Part shown: piece after piece, positions 26,834 to 36,450 of the stretch
Layout: every line of letters begins with the position of its first letter
Position numbering within the stretch: position 1 is the stretch's first letter
Source: a bacterium
GTDB lineage: Bacteria > UBA8248
Length of the DNA: 64,000 bases
Direction of reading: 5' to 3'
Assembly (NCBI GenBank): GCA_965242545.1
Contig: OZ251456.1
Location: 1,158,756-1,222,755 of the forward strand
Made by a program: the position numbers and the translations under genes
The notes under the pieces: model-generated
Seen by the model: only the letters and a program-made list of their open reading frames with translations
What the model was told of the DNA's origin: nothing
The model's database searches: none

Positions 26834-27594
26834 AGCGCGCTGGCGCCGCCGTCGAGATGGATGATCTGCCCCGTCATGTAGCCGCTCCGGGGGCCGGCGA
26901 GATAGACGGCCAGGGCGCGGATTTCCTCCGGCTCGCCGTAGCGATTCGCGGGAACGAAGCGCAGAAACGCCTCGCTCTGCTCGGGGTCGGCGATGCGCCC
27001 GGCCGTCATCGGGGTATGGAAGCGGCCCGGCGCGATGCAGTTGACCTGAATGTTTTTTTCCGCGAGTTCGGCGGCGAGCGCCTTCGTGAATCCCGCCACG
27101 CCCGACTTCGCCGCCGCGTAGGCCGTCTGATTGGGGCGGCCCCGGCTGCCGGCGCTCGAGCCGAGATTGATGATTTTGCCTTCGCCCGCCTCGAGCATGA
27201 AGCGGACCGCGGCGCGGCAGCAGTAGAACATTCCGCTCAGGTTCACATCGAGGGCGTCGCGCCACATCTCATCCGTCGTCTCGAGAATCGGGCCGGAAAT
27301 CAGCGCGCCCGCGCTGTTCACGAGAATATGCGGGCCGCCCAGTTCCTTGTTGATCTGCGCGAACAGGGCGTTCACGCGGCTTGAATCCGTGACGTCGCAA
27401 ACGGCGGGCCTGGCGCGAACGCCGGATTTCTCGCATTCCCCGGCGATTTCCGCCATCGGCTCCGGCCGCCTGCCCACGAGCGCGACGTCCGCCCCCGCCT
27501 CCGCCAGGGCGAGCGTTATCGCGGCGCCGAGTCCCTGCCCGCCGCCCGTGACGCAGGCCGTTTTTCCGCTCAAATCCACGCCGGGAGAGGCCAT
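26830..27594 (-). CDS. Classical short-chain dehydrogenase/reductase
   Basis: TGGGQGLG, LVNSAG, YAAAK, VNCIAPG, TGQIIHLDGG. Confidence 0.92.
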   Translation of the reverse strand: MASPGVDLSGKTACVTGGGQGLGAAITLALAEAGADVALVGRRPEPMAEIAGECEKSGVRARPAVCDVTDSSRVNALFAQINKELGGPHILVNSAGALISGPILETTDEMWRDALDVNLSGMFYCCRAAVRFMLEAGEGKIINLGSSAGSRGRPNQTAYAAAKSGVAGFTKALAAELAEKNIQVNCIAPGRFHTPMTAGRIADPEQSEAFLRFVPANRYGEPEEIRALAVYLAGPRSGYMTGQIIHLDGGASAL

Positions 27595-27836
27595 CCCGTC
27601 CTCAAGGAGAGGGGTTCAGAAAGACATAGAGCCATTCGGCGCGCGCCAGGCATGTTATCACCTTCAGGAGAATCGCCCATAAGTCATTCCGGTTTTCGCG
27701 CGCCGAAAACGCCGGAGGACTTTACCGCCGCGTCTCCCTGGGGTAGATAAGGCGTGGTTCGGACGTGAATTCATGCGAAATTCTCTCCGTCGCTTTCGGC
27801 GAGCAGGCCGGAGGGGACGCATTTCGTGAGGGCGGG

Positions 27837-29078
27837 ATGAGCCGCGCGGGGGCGCCCGGGGTTATCAGCGCCGAAAATATGGAGTTGATCGGCTATCACG
27901 ATCTCGAGGATCGCCCCGCCTTCAAGACGGCGATTCAGGAGGTGGACGGGCGCTTTTACCTGTACCTGTCGCATTTCTGGGTGAGCGGCTGGAGCGTTCT
28001 GGACGTGACGGCGCCCGGGGAGCCGAAGCTTCTCAGGTTCATCGAGGGACCCGACAACACCTGGACCTTGCAGGTGCAGGCGGCGGACGGCCTGCTTCTC
28101 ACCTCTCTCGAGAAAATTCCGCCGGGCTGGGGACCGAGGCCCGACGACCCGCCCGAAGCCGAGGGCGTCTATATCTGGGACGTGAAGAAAGACCCCGCCG
28201 ATCCGCAGCTGCTCTCGCACTGGCGGACGGGCGCCGACGGCACGCACAGGAATTTCTACAACGGCGGCCGCTACGCCCATCTGTCCGCGTACGCCCCCGG
28301 CTACGAGGGGAACATCTACCGCATTCTCGATCTGGAGGATCCGCGAAGCCCCAGGGAGGCGGGCCGCTTCTGGCTCCCCGAACAGGAGGGCGGCGACGCC
28401 GGAGGGTCGGACGACTGGAGCGAGGGGATGCGCGTGTTCCAGCACGGGCCGGCCCACGCGGAAAACGGAAGAGCCTATCTGCCTTACGCGCGCGGCGGGT
28501 TCGTCATCGCGGACATCGAGGACGTCTCCCGCCCCAGGCTCGTCAGCCGCTTCAACGTCTATCCGCCGCTGGGCAGCGCGATCGCCGTGCACACGGCGTA
28601 TCCCTATCCCGGGCGCGGATTCGCCGTCATCAACAGCGAGGCGCTCAAGGAGAATTGCGACGAGCCGCTCAACTACGCGGCGATCATCGACATCAGGGAC
28701 GAGGCGGCGCCGAGGCTCATCTCCCTCTTCCCGACGCCCGAGCCCCCGCCCGGCTACTCCCACGGGAGCTTCTGCGAGCGGGGCGGGCGCTTCGGCCCGC
28801 ACAACCAGCACCACGCCCAGGGGCTCGACTGCCTGGAGCGGAGGGAGGACCGCGTGTATCTGACGTATTTCAACGCGGGCGTCCGCGTCTATGACATTTC
28901 CGAACCCGTTCATCCGCGCGAGATCGCCCACTACATCCCGGCGGACCCGAAGAGACGGCTCGGAATGCTGCCCAGAACCCTCGTCACGCAGAGCGAGGAC
29001 GTCATCGTGGACAGGCGCGGGGTGATTTACGTGACGGACAAGAACCATGGACTGCACATACTGCGCTGCGCCGCGTAG
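27837..29078 (+). CDS. LVIVD-repeat beta-propeller protein
   Basis: NMELIGYHDL, WSVLDVTAP, RILDLEDP, FVIADIEDVSRP, AIIDIRDE, YFNAGVRVYDI repeats. Start placed at ATG 27837. Confidence 0.8.
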   Translation: MSRAGAPGVISAENMELIGYHDLEDRPAFKTAIQEVDGRFYLYLSHFWVSGWSVLDVTAPGEPKLLRFIEGPDNTWTLQVQAADGLLLTSLEKIPPGWGPRPDDPPEAEGVYIWDVKKDPADPQLLSHWRTGADGTHRNFYNGGRYAHLSAYAPGYEGNIYRILDLEDPRSPREAGRFWLPEQEGGDAGGSDDWSEGMRVFQHGPAHAENGRAYLPYARGGFVIADIEDVSRPRLVSRFNVYPPLGSAIAVHTAYPYPGRGFAVINSEALKENCDEPLNYAAIIDIRDEAAPRLISLFPTPEPPPGYSHGSFCERGGRFGPHNQHHAQGLDCLERREDRVYLTYFNAGVRVYDISEPVHPREIAHYIPADPKRRLGMLPRTLVTQSEDVIVDRRGVIYVTDKNHGLHILRCAA

Positions 29079-29098
29079 GCGCGAAAGGAGAAAAAGCC

Positions 29099-29788
29099 AT
29101 GCCGACCATCGTTGACCTCGCGCGGGAAATCTATCACCGCACGCCCGCGTATCCGGGCCAGCCGCCCGTCCTCTACGCCGAATGGAAGAACCACGAGGAC
29201 GCCTTCAGTGACTCCGGCAACGTCTGGGGAAACGCCCTGAACTTCGTCACCATGCCCGAGCACGGCACCACCCATCTCGACGCGCCGCGCCATTTCCACA
29301 AGGACGCGACGCCGATGAACGAGTATCCGCTCGAGAACTGCATCGTTCGCGGCATCTGCATCGACCTGCGGCACGTCGCGCCCAGGGCGGAGATCGCCCC
29401 CGGGGAGCTCGACGAGGCGGTGAAGAAGACCGGCCTCCCCGTCCCGAAGGGCGGCACCATCCTGCTTTGCACGGGGCATCACGCCCGCACCTTCCCGACC
29501 AGGGCGTATTCGACGGACAATCCGGGCGTCGGCGTGGAGGCCACCGAATGGCTTGCGGATCAGGGAATCATCCACTTCGGCATTGATTCCATGCGTCCCG
29601 GCCCCGAGGGAGACGTCAACGCCCTGGTGCACAAGACCTGCTGGGAGAGGGGAATCACCCACCTGGAGAGCCTGTGCAATCTGGAAGCGCTGCTCGGCAA
29701 GGGGGAATTTCAGTTCATCGCCCTGCCGCTGAAGTTCCGCGAGGGAACGGGAAGCCCCGTCCGCGCCGTTGCGGTTCTGGACGACTAG
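29099..29788 (+). CDS. Cyclase family (kynurenine formamidase-like) metal-dependent hydrolase
   Basis: EHGTTHLDAPRHF, GIDSM, HLESLCNL, LPLKFREGTGSPVRAVA. Confidence 0.9.
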   Translation: MPTIVDLAREIYHRTPAYPGQPPVLYAEWKNHEDAFSDSGNVWGNALNFVTMPEHGTTHLDAPRHFHKDATPMNEYPLENCIVRGICIDLRHVAPRAEIAPGELDEAVKKTGLPVPKGGTILLCTGHHARTFPTRAYSTDNPGVGVEATEWLADQGIIHFGIDSMRPGPEGDVNALVHKTCWERGITHLESLCNLEALLGKGEFQFIALPLKFREGTGSPVRAVAVLDD

Positions 29789-29918
29789 CCGCGCGCCGGG
29801 ACTCCGGCGTATTTCGGGGAGAAAGTCGTCCCTTTGCGGCAGACGGCTGAAGTGATAGACTGAACTCTCTCAGCGACGTCCGCCCAGGGGAAGGGTGTTT
29901 CAGCCCTCCGCGAAGCCT

Positions 29919-30653
29919 ATGGCCAGAAATCCCCGACCCCGCTCCGAATACGCACTCGAACTGGGCCGCCGCATCGCGGCCGCGCGCGCGCGCAAAGGGT
30001 GGAACCGCAATCAGCTGGCGCGCGCCGCGGGCGTCACGTGGGCGAACCTCACCCGCTACGAGCGGGGAGAGAACGAGCCGGGCGCGAGCAGGGTTTTCGA
30101 GATGGCGAAGGCGCTCGGCGTGTCCGTCGATTGGCTGCTGGGCCGAACCGGCGCGCGGGAGGTGCCGGGCGTGGAGCCCCTGGGCGTCGCCTTCAGCATG
30201 AGCGACAACCTCCAGACGCCGGGCAGGGTGGACGACGCGGAATTTCGCGCCGTGCCTCTGGTGTCGGGCTCCATCGCGGCGGGCAGCGCGAGAATCGTGG
30301 ACGAGGAAATCGAGGAATACGCCATCATCCACGTCTCCCAGCTCGCCGGGCGGGGCGATCTGGTGGCCGTCCGGGTGGATCGGGAGATGGGCCGGAGCAT
30401 GGTTCCCCTGATACAGCCGGGCGCCGTGGTCGCCATCGATCGCCGCGACAAGGCGATTGTTCCGGACGGCGTCTACGCGGTTCGGGACGAATCCGGCGGG
30501 TGCACGCTCAAGCGGCTGCAGTGGACGCCACCTCGCCTGTGGCTGGTGCCGGAGAACCGGGAGGAGGCGGTCACCCACATCGATCTTGACGGAGAAGAGC
30601 CGAGCGAGCGCATCGTGGGGCGCGTCGTGTGGGCCTATCAGCCGCTCGCCTGA
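29919..30653 (+). CDS. XRE-family HTH repressor with S24 (CI/LexA-like) peptidase domain
   Basis: HTH (LARAAGVTWANLTRYERGENEP...LGVSVDWLL); VPLVSGSIAAG; catalytic Ser (GRSMVP) and Lys (TLKRL). Confidence 0.88.
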   Translation: MARNPRPRSEYALELGRRIAAARARKGWNRNQLARAAGVTWANLTRYERGENEPGASRVFEMAKALGVSVDWLLGRTGAREVPGVEPLGVAFSMSDNLQTPGRVDDAEFRAVPLVSGSIAAGSARIVDEEIEEYAIIHVSQLAGRGDLVAVRVDREMGRSMVPLIQPGAVVAIDRRDKAIVPDGVYAVRDESGGCTLKRLQWTPPRLWLVPENREEAVTHIDLDGEEPSERIVGRVVWAYQPLA

Positions 30654-30657
30654 AGGG

Positions 30658-31650
30658 TCAGGAGTCCATCAGCTCCCTGCATTTTTCCGTCAGCGCGGGG
30701 ATGACTTTCTTGTAGTCTCCCACGATGCCGTAGCGCGCCCGCTGGAAGATGGGCGCCTCGGCGTCCGTGTTGATGGCCACGATGTTCTTGCTGGGCCCGG
30801 CGCCGACCATGTGCTGCATGGCGCCGGAGATGCCCACGGCGATGTAGAGGTTCGGGCTCACGATCTTGCCCGTCTGGCCCACCTGCATGGGCGTCGGCAC
30901 CCAGCCGGCATCCACGGCGGCGCGGCTCGCGCCCACCGCCGCCTTGAGAACCTTGGCGAGTTCCCGGAGGTACTCGAAATTCTCCGGCCCGCCCAGGCCG
31001 CGGCCGCCGCTCACGACGATTTCCGCGTCCTCCAGACGGACGCCTTCGGCCTCCACCTTCTTCGCTTCCACGAAATTCATCCGAATCTCGTCGGCGTCCA
31101 CCGAAACGCCGATTTCCACGAACTCCCCCTCGCGGCCCTGCTGGATGTCGGCCTGAGGCAGGGCTTTCGCGCGTGTCGAGGCGATGGAAAGCGCGTCCGT
31201 CCTCGAGCGAATGCGGCTGACGGCGCTGCCTCCGTGCACCGGGCGAACGGCGGCGAATTCGCCCCCCTCGATCATGAGGTCCGTGCAGTCGTGGGCGTAG
31301 CTGGCGCCGCGGCGGAAAGCGAGCCTGGGGGCGACGTCCCGCCCCACGGAGGTGTTGGCGACCAGGAAGATGGAAGGGTTCTCCTCCCCGAGAACGGCGT
31401 CGATGACCTTGAGATACGCCGCGTTCGTGTAGCCCGCCAGAACCTCCGATTCGGCCGCCAGCGCCCGGTCGGCGCCCAGGGCGATGAGCCCTTTGGCCAG
31501 TTCCCCGGTTCCGGGGCCGCCGAGGAGAAGCGCCGCGAGGGAGCCTCCTTTTTCGTCCGCCAGTTTTCGTCCGATGCCGCAAAGCTCGCTGCTCACGAGC
31601 GCCAGCTTGTCCCCCGCGCGCTCGGCCAGGATGAGAACGTCGTTCGACAT
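30658..31650 (-). CDS. etfA: Electron transfer flavoprotein alpha subunit
   Basis: [55 protein letters not shown]. Confidence 0.96.
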   Translation of the reverse strand: MSNDVLILAERAGDKLALVSSELCGIGRKLADEKGGSLAALLLGGPGTGELAKGLIALGADRALAAESEVLAGYTNAAYLKVIDAVLGEENPSIFLVANTSVGRDVAPRLAFRRGASYAHDCTDLMIEGGEFAAVRPVHGGSAVSRIRSRTDALSIASTRAKALPQADIQQGREGEFVEIGVSVDADEIRMNFVEAKKVEAEGVRLEDAEIVVSGGRGLGGPENFEYLRELAKVLKAAVGASRAAVDAGWVPTPMQVGQTGKIVSPNLYIAVGISGAMQHMVGAGPSKNIVAINTDAEAPIFQRARYGIVGDYKKVIPALTEKCRELMDS

Positions 31651-31668
31651 GGCGCTGTTCTTTCTCCC

Positions 31669-32469
31669 CTAGATGATTTTGTCTTCACGAAGGCGAAGCG
31701 CCAGGGCGGCGGCGGCCTCCTCGGGCGATTCGCCTTCGATGAATTCGCAGTTTCCGTCGAACACGGGCTGATACAGCCTGGTGACCTCGAAGGTGGCGGC
31801 CTCTTTTCCGACCAGGCTGCGGTCGATTCCGACCTCCTCCGCGCCCCAAACGGGAATCTGCTTGCGCGAGGCCATCAGGATGCCCTTGACCGAGGGCAGG
31901 CGCGGCGTGTTGATCTCGTTGCTGGCGGTGAGCAGGCACGGGGTGGAGACCTCGACGACCTCCAGTCCGTCTTCCAGGGCGCGCTCGCACCGCAGGCCGC
32001 CTTCCGTTTTCTCCACCTTCTGCAGCTGGCTCACGCTGGGAAGATCGAGCGCCTCGGCGAGGGCGAGGGCGGTGGCGCCGTAGCTCCAGTCGCTGCTCAG
32101 CCTGCCGCAGAGAATCGCGTCGAAGCCCTCCAGCTTCTGAATGGCGGCGGCGAGAATCCGCGCCGCGCCGAAGGCGTCGGATCCCTCGAACGCCTCGTCC
32201 TGGAGCAGGATGGCCTCGTCGCAGCCCATGGCGAGGCATTTCTTCAGCGCGTCCCGGGCTTTTTCGTCGCCCACCGTCAGAACGGTGACCTTTCCGCCGT
32301 GCTCCTCCTTGAGGTTGATGGCCGCCTCGACGGCGTTTTCGCAAAAACCGTTGATGACCGGCGAGACGTTCGCGGGCGGGATGACGTCCATCTTCTCCTC
32401 ATCGACCTTGAAGTCGCGGGGAGGGATGTCCGGGTCCTGCACTTGCTTGATGCAGACGATGATGTCCAA
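31669..32469 (-). CDS. etfB: Electron transfer flavoprotein beta subunit
   Basis: IIVCIKQVQDP, ENAVEAA, LAMGCDEAILL, NTPRLPSVKGILMA; directly upstream of etfA. Confidence 0.93.
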   Translation of the reverse strand: MDIIVCIKQVQDPDIPPRDFKVDEEKMDVIPPANVSPVINGFCENAVEAAINLKEEHGGKVTVLTVGDEKARDALKKCLAMGCDEAILLQDEAFEGSDAFGAARILAAAIQKLEGFDAILCGRLSSDWSYGATALALAEALDLPSVSQLQKVEKTEGGLRCERALEDGLEVVEVSTPCLLTASNEINTPRLPSVKGILMASRKQIPVWGAEEVGIDRSLVGKEAATFEVTRLYQPVFDGNCEFIEGESPEEAAAALALRLREDKII

Positions 32470-32663
32470 AGGGTCGGCTCCCCATCGCTTCGGCCGGTTC
32501 GGGCCTTTTCATGATCGTCCGGCGCGCCCGAACGTATTTTTGTTTGAACCGACGCGGCGGAACTGCCTCAAAATAATGAGGCGGGACGGATGCGTCAACC
32601 GAGCCGGGCGTTTTTCCTCCGTTCCGCGCGTCCATCGGAAAGCGCGGACCGCGCCTTCGCCGT

Positions 32664-32692
32664 TTGACACTGAAAAAAATGCGGGCGATAAG
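32664..32692 (+). promoter_or_regulatory. Putative sigma70 promoter of mrp/apbC
   Basis: TTGACA-N17-GATAAG. Confidence 0.5.
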
Positions 32693-32769
32693 GTGACGGC
32701 GGCGTGAGCAAATGACTTGCGACAGATGATTTTCCGTGAATTTCCCATCCCGGCCCAGAGGATTCTTCA

Positions 32770-33861
32770 ATGTCGGAAGCGACGGAAGCCCAGGTTCTGG
32801 AGGCTCTGAAAGGCGTGAGAGACCCCGAGGTCGGAAAAGACCTCGTGAGCCTCAACATGATCAAGGATGTGCGGATTTGCGGGGACGCGGTCGCCTTTAC
32901 GCTGGAGCTCACCACGCCCGCGCATCCGCGCAAGGAGGAGTTCGAGCAGGAGTGCAAACTGGCGGTCGGCGCCCTGGCGAGCGTGAACGCGGTGAGCGTG
33001 CGGGTGACGAGCCGCGTTTCCGCCAGGCCCGCCATGGCCGGCAAGATGGACATCGAGGGCGTCAAGAACATGATCGCCGTGGCCAGCGGAAAGGGCGGCG
33101 TGGGCAAATCGACCGTGGCCGTGAACATCGCGCTCTCCCTGAGCAGGGAGGGGGCGAAGGTCGGGATGCTGGACGCGGACATTTACGGGCCGAGCCAGCC
33201 GCTGATGCTGGGAATCCCCAAGGCGCAGCCCGTCGCCGAGGGGGAGAACAGGATACGGGCCCTGGAGGCGCACGGCCTGAAAGTCATGTCGATGGGGTTT
33301 CTGGTCGATGAGGACAGCCCCGTCATCTGGCGCGGCCCCATGGTCATGCGAGCGCTGGTGCAGTTTCTGAGCGAGACGATTTGGGGGGAGCTCGACTACC
33401 TCATTCTGGATTTGCCGCCCGGCACGGGCGACGCGCAGCTGACCATCGTCCAGCAGGTCTCGCTGGCGGGCGCCGTCATCGTCAGCACGCCCCAAGACAT
33501 CGCCCTGCTTGACGCGCGCAAGGGCCTTCAGATGTTCAGAAAAACGGACGTGCCCATTCTCGGAATTATCGAGAACATGAGCTACTACGAGTGTCCGGAA
33601 TGCGGGCGCCGCGAAAACATTTTCGACACCGGAGGCGGCGAGAAAGCGTCGCGGCGCTACGAAGTGCCCTTTCTGGGCGCCATCCCGCTCGACATCAAGG
33701 TGAGGGTGGGGGGAGACTTCGGCGTCCCCGTCGTGGCGGGAGAGCCCGGGCACCCCGCGGCGATGGCGTTTCGGGAAGTCGCCGGAAAGGTGGCCGAGCA
33801 GGTGGCCATCGCCAACGCATCGGGGCCGATTTCCGTTCCCGAGCTCAAAATCATCGGATAG
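32770..33861 (+). CDS. apbC: Mrp/ApbC (NBP35-family) Fe-S cluster carrier ATPase
   Basis: N-terminal DUF59-like domain, ASGKGGVGKST, DADIYGPS, WRGPM, DLPPGTGD, ENMSYYECPEC. Confidence 0.94.
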   Translation: MSEATEAQVLEALKGVRDPEVGKDLVSLNMIKDVRICGDAVAFTLELTTPAHPRKEEFEQECKLAVGALASVNAVSVRVTSRVSARPAMAGKMDIEGVKNMIAVASGKGGVGKSTVAVNIALSLSREGAKVGMLDADIYGPSQPLMLGIPKAQPVAEGENRIRALEAHGLKVMSMGFLVDEDSPVIWRGPMVMRALVQFLSETIWGELDYLILDLPPGTGDAQLTIVQQVSLAGAVIVSTPQDIALLDARKGLQMFRKTDVPILGIIENMSYYECPECGRRENIFDTGGGEKASRRYEVPFLGAIPLDIKVRVGGDFGVPVVAGEPGHPAAMAFREVAGKVAEQVAIANASGPISVPELKIIG

Positions 33862-34015
33862 GAAGGGAGAGAAGCTCCCGGGCCGGGAAATTCCGCGCCG
33901 GGTTCCGCGGTGCCGGTGGTTGTTCTTCCATGCCCGCGAGCGCTCGGGAGGACGCGCGCTTTCGTCCTGGCGCGCGGCCCGCTTTTTTTGAAGGTTCGAT
34001 GGAGGGGCTTCCCCG

Positions 34016-34963
34016 ATGGCGAAAGTCGTGCTGGTCGATCCGCTTTTTTCGGCTCCCGCATGGCGCGTGCCTTCGGACTGGCTGGGCGCCGGGCGCGAGG
34101 TCGTCGCGCCGGAGGAGTTCACCCCGGAGGCCATCGAGCCGTTGCTGCCGGAGGCGGAGGGCATCCTCACGGTGTTCCGGCCCGTCTCGCGCGAGATGAT
34201 GGACATGGCGCCCAATCTCAAGGTGGCGGCCAAGCCGGGCGCCGGAGTGGACAACATCGACGTCGAGGCGGCGACCGCGCGCGGCGTCATGGTGTGCAAC
34301 GTCGAAGGCGTCCGGGGACGCTCCGTGGCCGAGCATTCCTTCTTCATGGCGCTCTACCTGGCGCGCCACGCCTGGATGAGGGACGAGCAGGAAAAATGGG
34401 AGCACGAGCCGGCCGTGCAGCTGGGCGGCAAGTCGCTGGGCGTCGTGGGGCTCGGCGATATCGGCCGCAGGGCGGCGCGCATCGGCCACGGCTTCGGGAT
34501 GGAGCTGCTCGTCAACACGCGGACGGAGGATCCCTCTTACGTGCCCGAGGCGAAGCTCGAGTTCCTCTCTTTCGACGCCCTGTTGCCGAGAGCGGATTTT
34601 TTGATTCTGTGCATGCCCCTGGCGCCGGAGATGAAGGGAATCCTCCATCGGGAGAATTTGCTGAAAATGAAGCCCGAAGCCATTCTCATCAACGTTTCCA
34701 GGGGCCCGGCCGTGGTGAGCGGCGATCTCCTGGAAGTGATGCGCTCGGGACATCTGGGCGGCGCCGGACTCGACGTCACGGACCCGGAGCCCCTGCCGAA
34801 AGAACACGGCCTGTGGGGGCTGGAGAACGTCATCATCAGCCCGCACCACGCCTCCCGGACGCCGGAGACGCAGGCCGCCGCCATGGAACGTACGGCGGAG
34901 AACATGCGCATGGCGCTGGCCGGTGAGAAGCCCGTCAATATCGTGAATCCCGAGGTCCTCTGA
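34016..34963 (+). CDS. D-isomer-specific 2-hydroxyacid dehydrogenase
   Basis: GAGVDNID, SVAEH, GLGDIG, INVSRG, LDVTDPEP, SPHHAS. Confidence 0.92.
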   Translation: MAKVVLVDPLFSAPAWRVPSDWLGAGREVVAPEEFTPEAIEPLLPEAEGILTVFRPVSREMMDMAPNLKVAAKPGAGVDNIDVEAATARGVMVCNVEGVRGRSVAEHSFFMALYLARHAWMRDEQEKWEHEPAVQLGGKSLGVVGLGDIGRRAARIGHGFGMELLVNTRTEDPSYVPEAKLEFLSFDALLPRADFLILCMPLAPEMKGILHRENLLKMKPEAILINVSRGPAVVSGDLLEVMRSGHLGGAGLDVTDPEPLPKEHGLWGLENVIISPHHASRTPETQAAAMERTAENMRMALAGEKPVNIVNPEVL

Positions 34964-35018
34964 CCCGGAGCTTTCCCACGCCCCAAGGATCGACATGATC
35001 GGTCGGGCCGGAGCCTGA

Positions 35019-35876
35019 ATGCCGTTTGAAGCCCTCGCCCTGATTCCGGCCCTTTTCTTCTCCCTCTCCAGCATCATGACCAGGAAGGGGCTGGACGGCA
35101 GCACGCCGCATACGGGCAGCCTCATCGTCCTCCTCACCCAGATCGTCTTCTTCTCCCTTTCTCTGGCGCTGGTGGATTTCGGGGAAATATCGCTTTCGAT
35201 CCACTGGCTGGCCTTTCTGGCGGCGGGGCTTTCCTCGCCCGCGCTGGCGCTGCTGTTCCTGTTTCGCTCGATTCAGCGAATCGGCGTGGCGCCCACGAGC
35301 TCCATCTCCAACACCCACGCCATTTTCGGGGCGCTTTGGGCATTCGTGTTTCTCGGAGAGCGGCCCTCCGCCATGGTGTGGCTGGGCATCCTTTTCGTCG
35401 CGGCGGGGGTGTTCTGGATGTCGAGCGGAGGAGGCCCGCTAGCAAGAGGGCGCGGGCTGGTTCTGCCCTTCATGGCGGCCTCTTTTTTCGGGCTGGCTCA
35501 CATGCTCAGAAAGGTGGGGCTGGGGGGCGTGGACTCGCTCCTTTTCGGGGGATTCCTGCAATCCCTCGCGGCGTCCGCCGCAGGCCCCCTGTTTCTGAAG
35601 ATCAGCGCGGGCTGGAGTCCGTTCGTCTTCAACAGGCCCTCCGTCAGAAATTTCATCTGGGCGGGCCTCTCGATGGCCGCCGCCCAGCTGGGCCTGCTGG
35701 CCGCCTTGAGCAGGTGGGACGTCTCGCGGGTTTCGCCCCTGGTCGCGACGGTGCCGCTCTTCACGCTCGCGCTCACGCCCCTGATTCTCGGAGACCGGGA
35801 GAAGATCACCTGGCGCATCGTCCTGGGCGCGCTCTTCACCGTCGCGGGCGTGATTCTGGTGACCTCGCTTCGGTAG
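35019..35876 (+). CDS. EamA/DMT-family transporter
   Basis: About 10 TM helices in two repeats; IGVAPTSSI, VSRVSPLVATVPLF, LGDREKITW. Confidence 0.88.
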   Translation: MPFEALALIPALFFSLSSIMTRKGLDGSTPHTGSLIVLLTQIVFFSLSLALVDFGEISLSIHWLAFLAAGLSSPALALLFLFRSIQRIGVAPTSSISNTHAIFGALWAFVFLGERPSAMVWLGILFVAAGVFWMSSGGGPLARGRGLVLPFMAASFFGLAHMLRKVGLGGVDSLLFGGFLQSLAASAAGPLFLKISAGWSPFVFNRPSVRNFIWAGLSMAAAQLGLLAALSRWDVSRVSPLVATVPLFTLALTPLILGDREKITWRIVLGALFTVAGVILVTSLR

Positions 35877-36093
35877 ACGGGCGCTCGCCTCGTCGAGGAC
35901 GCGCCGAAAACGCCGGCGGCCCGCTCTCCGCGCTTCAGGAAGCGGTTGACAGAACGCGCGATGAGCGTTAATTCAAAATACAGGAATGGTCGGGAATGCC
36001 TGAATTTTGCTTTTTCGCTTTACAAGAGGCCATGAACGAGACGCGGCGCCGAATACATCATCCCCCGTCGAATCATTCCAGGAGGATGACATC

Positions 36094-36450
36094 GTGAATA
36101 CGTCCCCCGCCAGGAGCCGATCCGCCGCGTCCGTAGCCGCCGAGATTCTCCGGCGGATTTTCGGGAATCTCGAATACGGGCTCAACTTTCGCATGTGGGA
36201 CGGCTCGAGGCTCTCTGTGGGGCGGGAGGTGGCGCCCGTCACGGTGATTTTCACGTCGCTGGCCGCCTTCAAGCGCGTTTTGCTGAATCCCGAAGCGGGC
36301 GCCTTTGCGGAAGCCTATTGCGACGGCGCCATCGACTTCGAGGGCGACCTGTTCGAGGCCATGAGGGTGGGGGACAGCCTCGACGAGATCGACCTGAACG
36401 TGACGCGGAAGCTCATCTACTCCCTGCGGATATGGAAACTCTCCGAATGA
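36094..36450 (+). CDS. Stand-alone N-terminal domain of a Cfa-type lipid methyltransferase
   Basis: FRMWDGS...VTVIF...AFAEAYCDGAIDFEGDLFEAM resembles the N-terminal domain of long-form Cfa proteins. GTG after GGAGGA; stop overlaps the next ATG (ATGA). Confidence 0.7.
   Translation: MNTSPARSRSAASVAAEILRRIFGNLEYGLNFRMWDGSRLSVGREVAPVTVIFTSLAAFKRVLLNPEAGAFAEAYCDGAIDFEGDLFEAMRVGDSLDEIDLNVTRKLIYSLRIWKLSE

Noticed and set aside
29845-29875. CTGA-N6-TCAG inverted repeat as an operator for the repressor
   Set aside because: Too short to distinguish from chance without comparative data.
29790-30660. Prophage remnant around the CI-like repressor
   Set aside because: No integrase, cro, structural genes or att-like repeats; flanks are metabolic genes.
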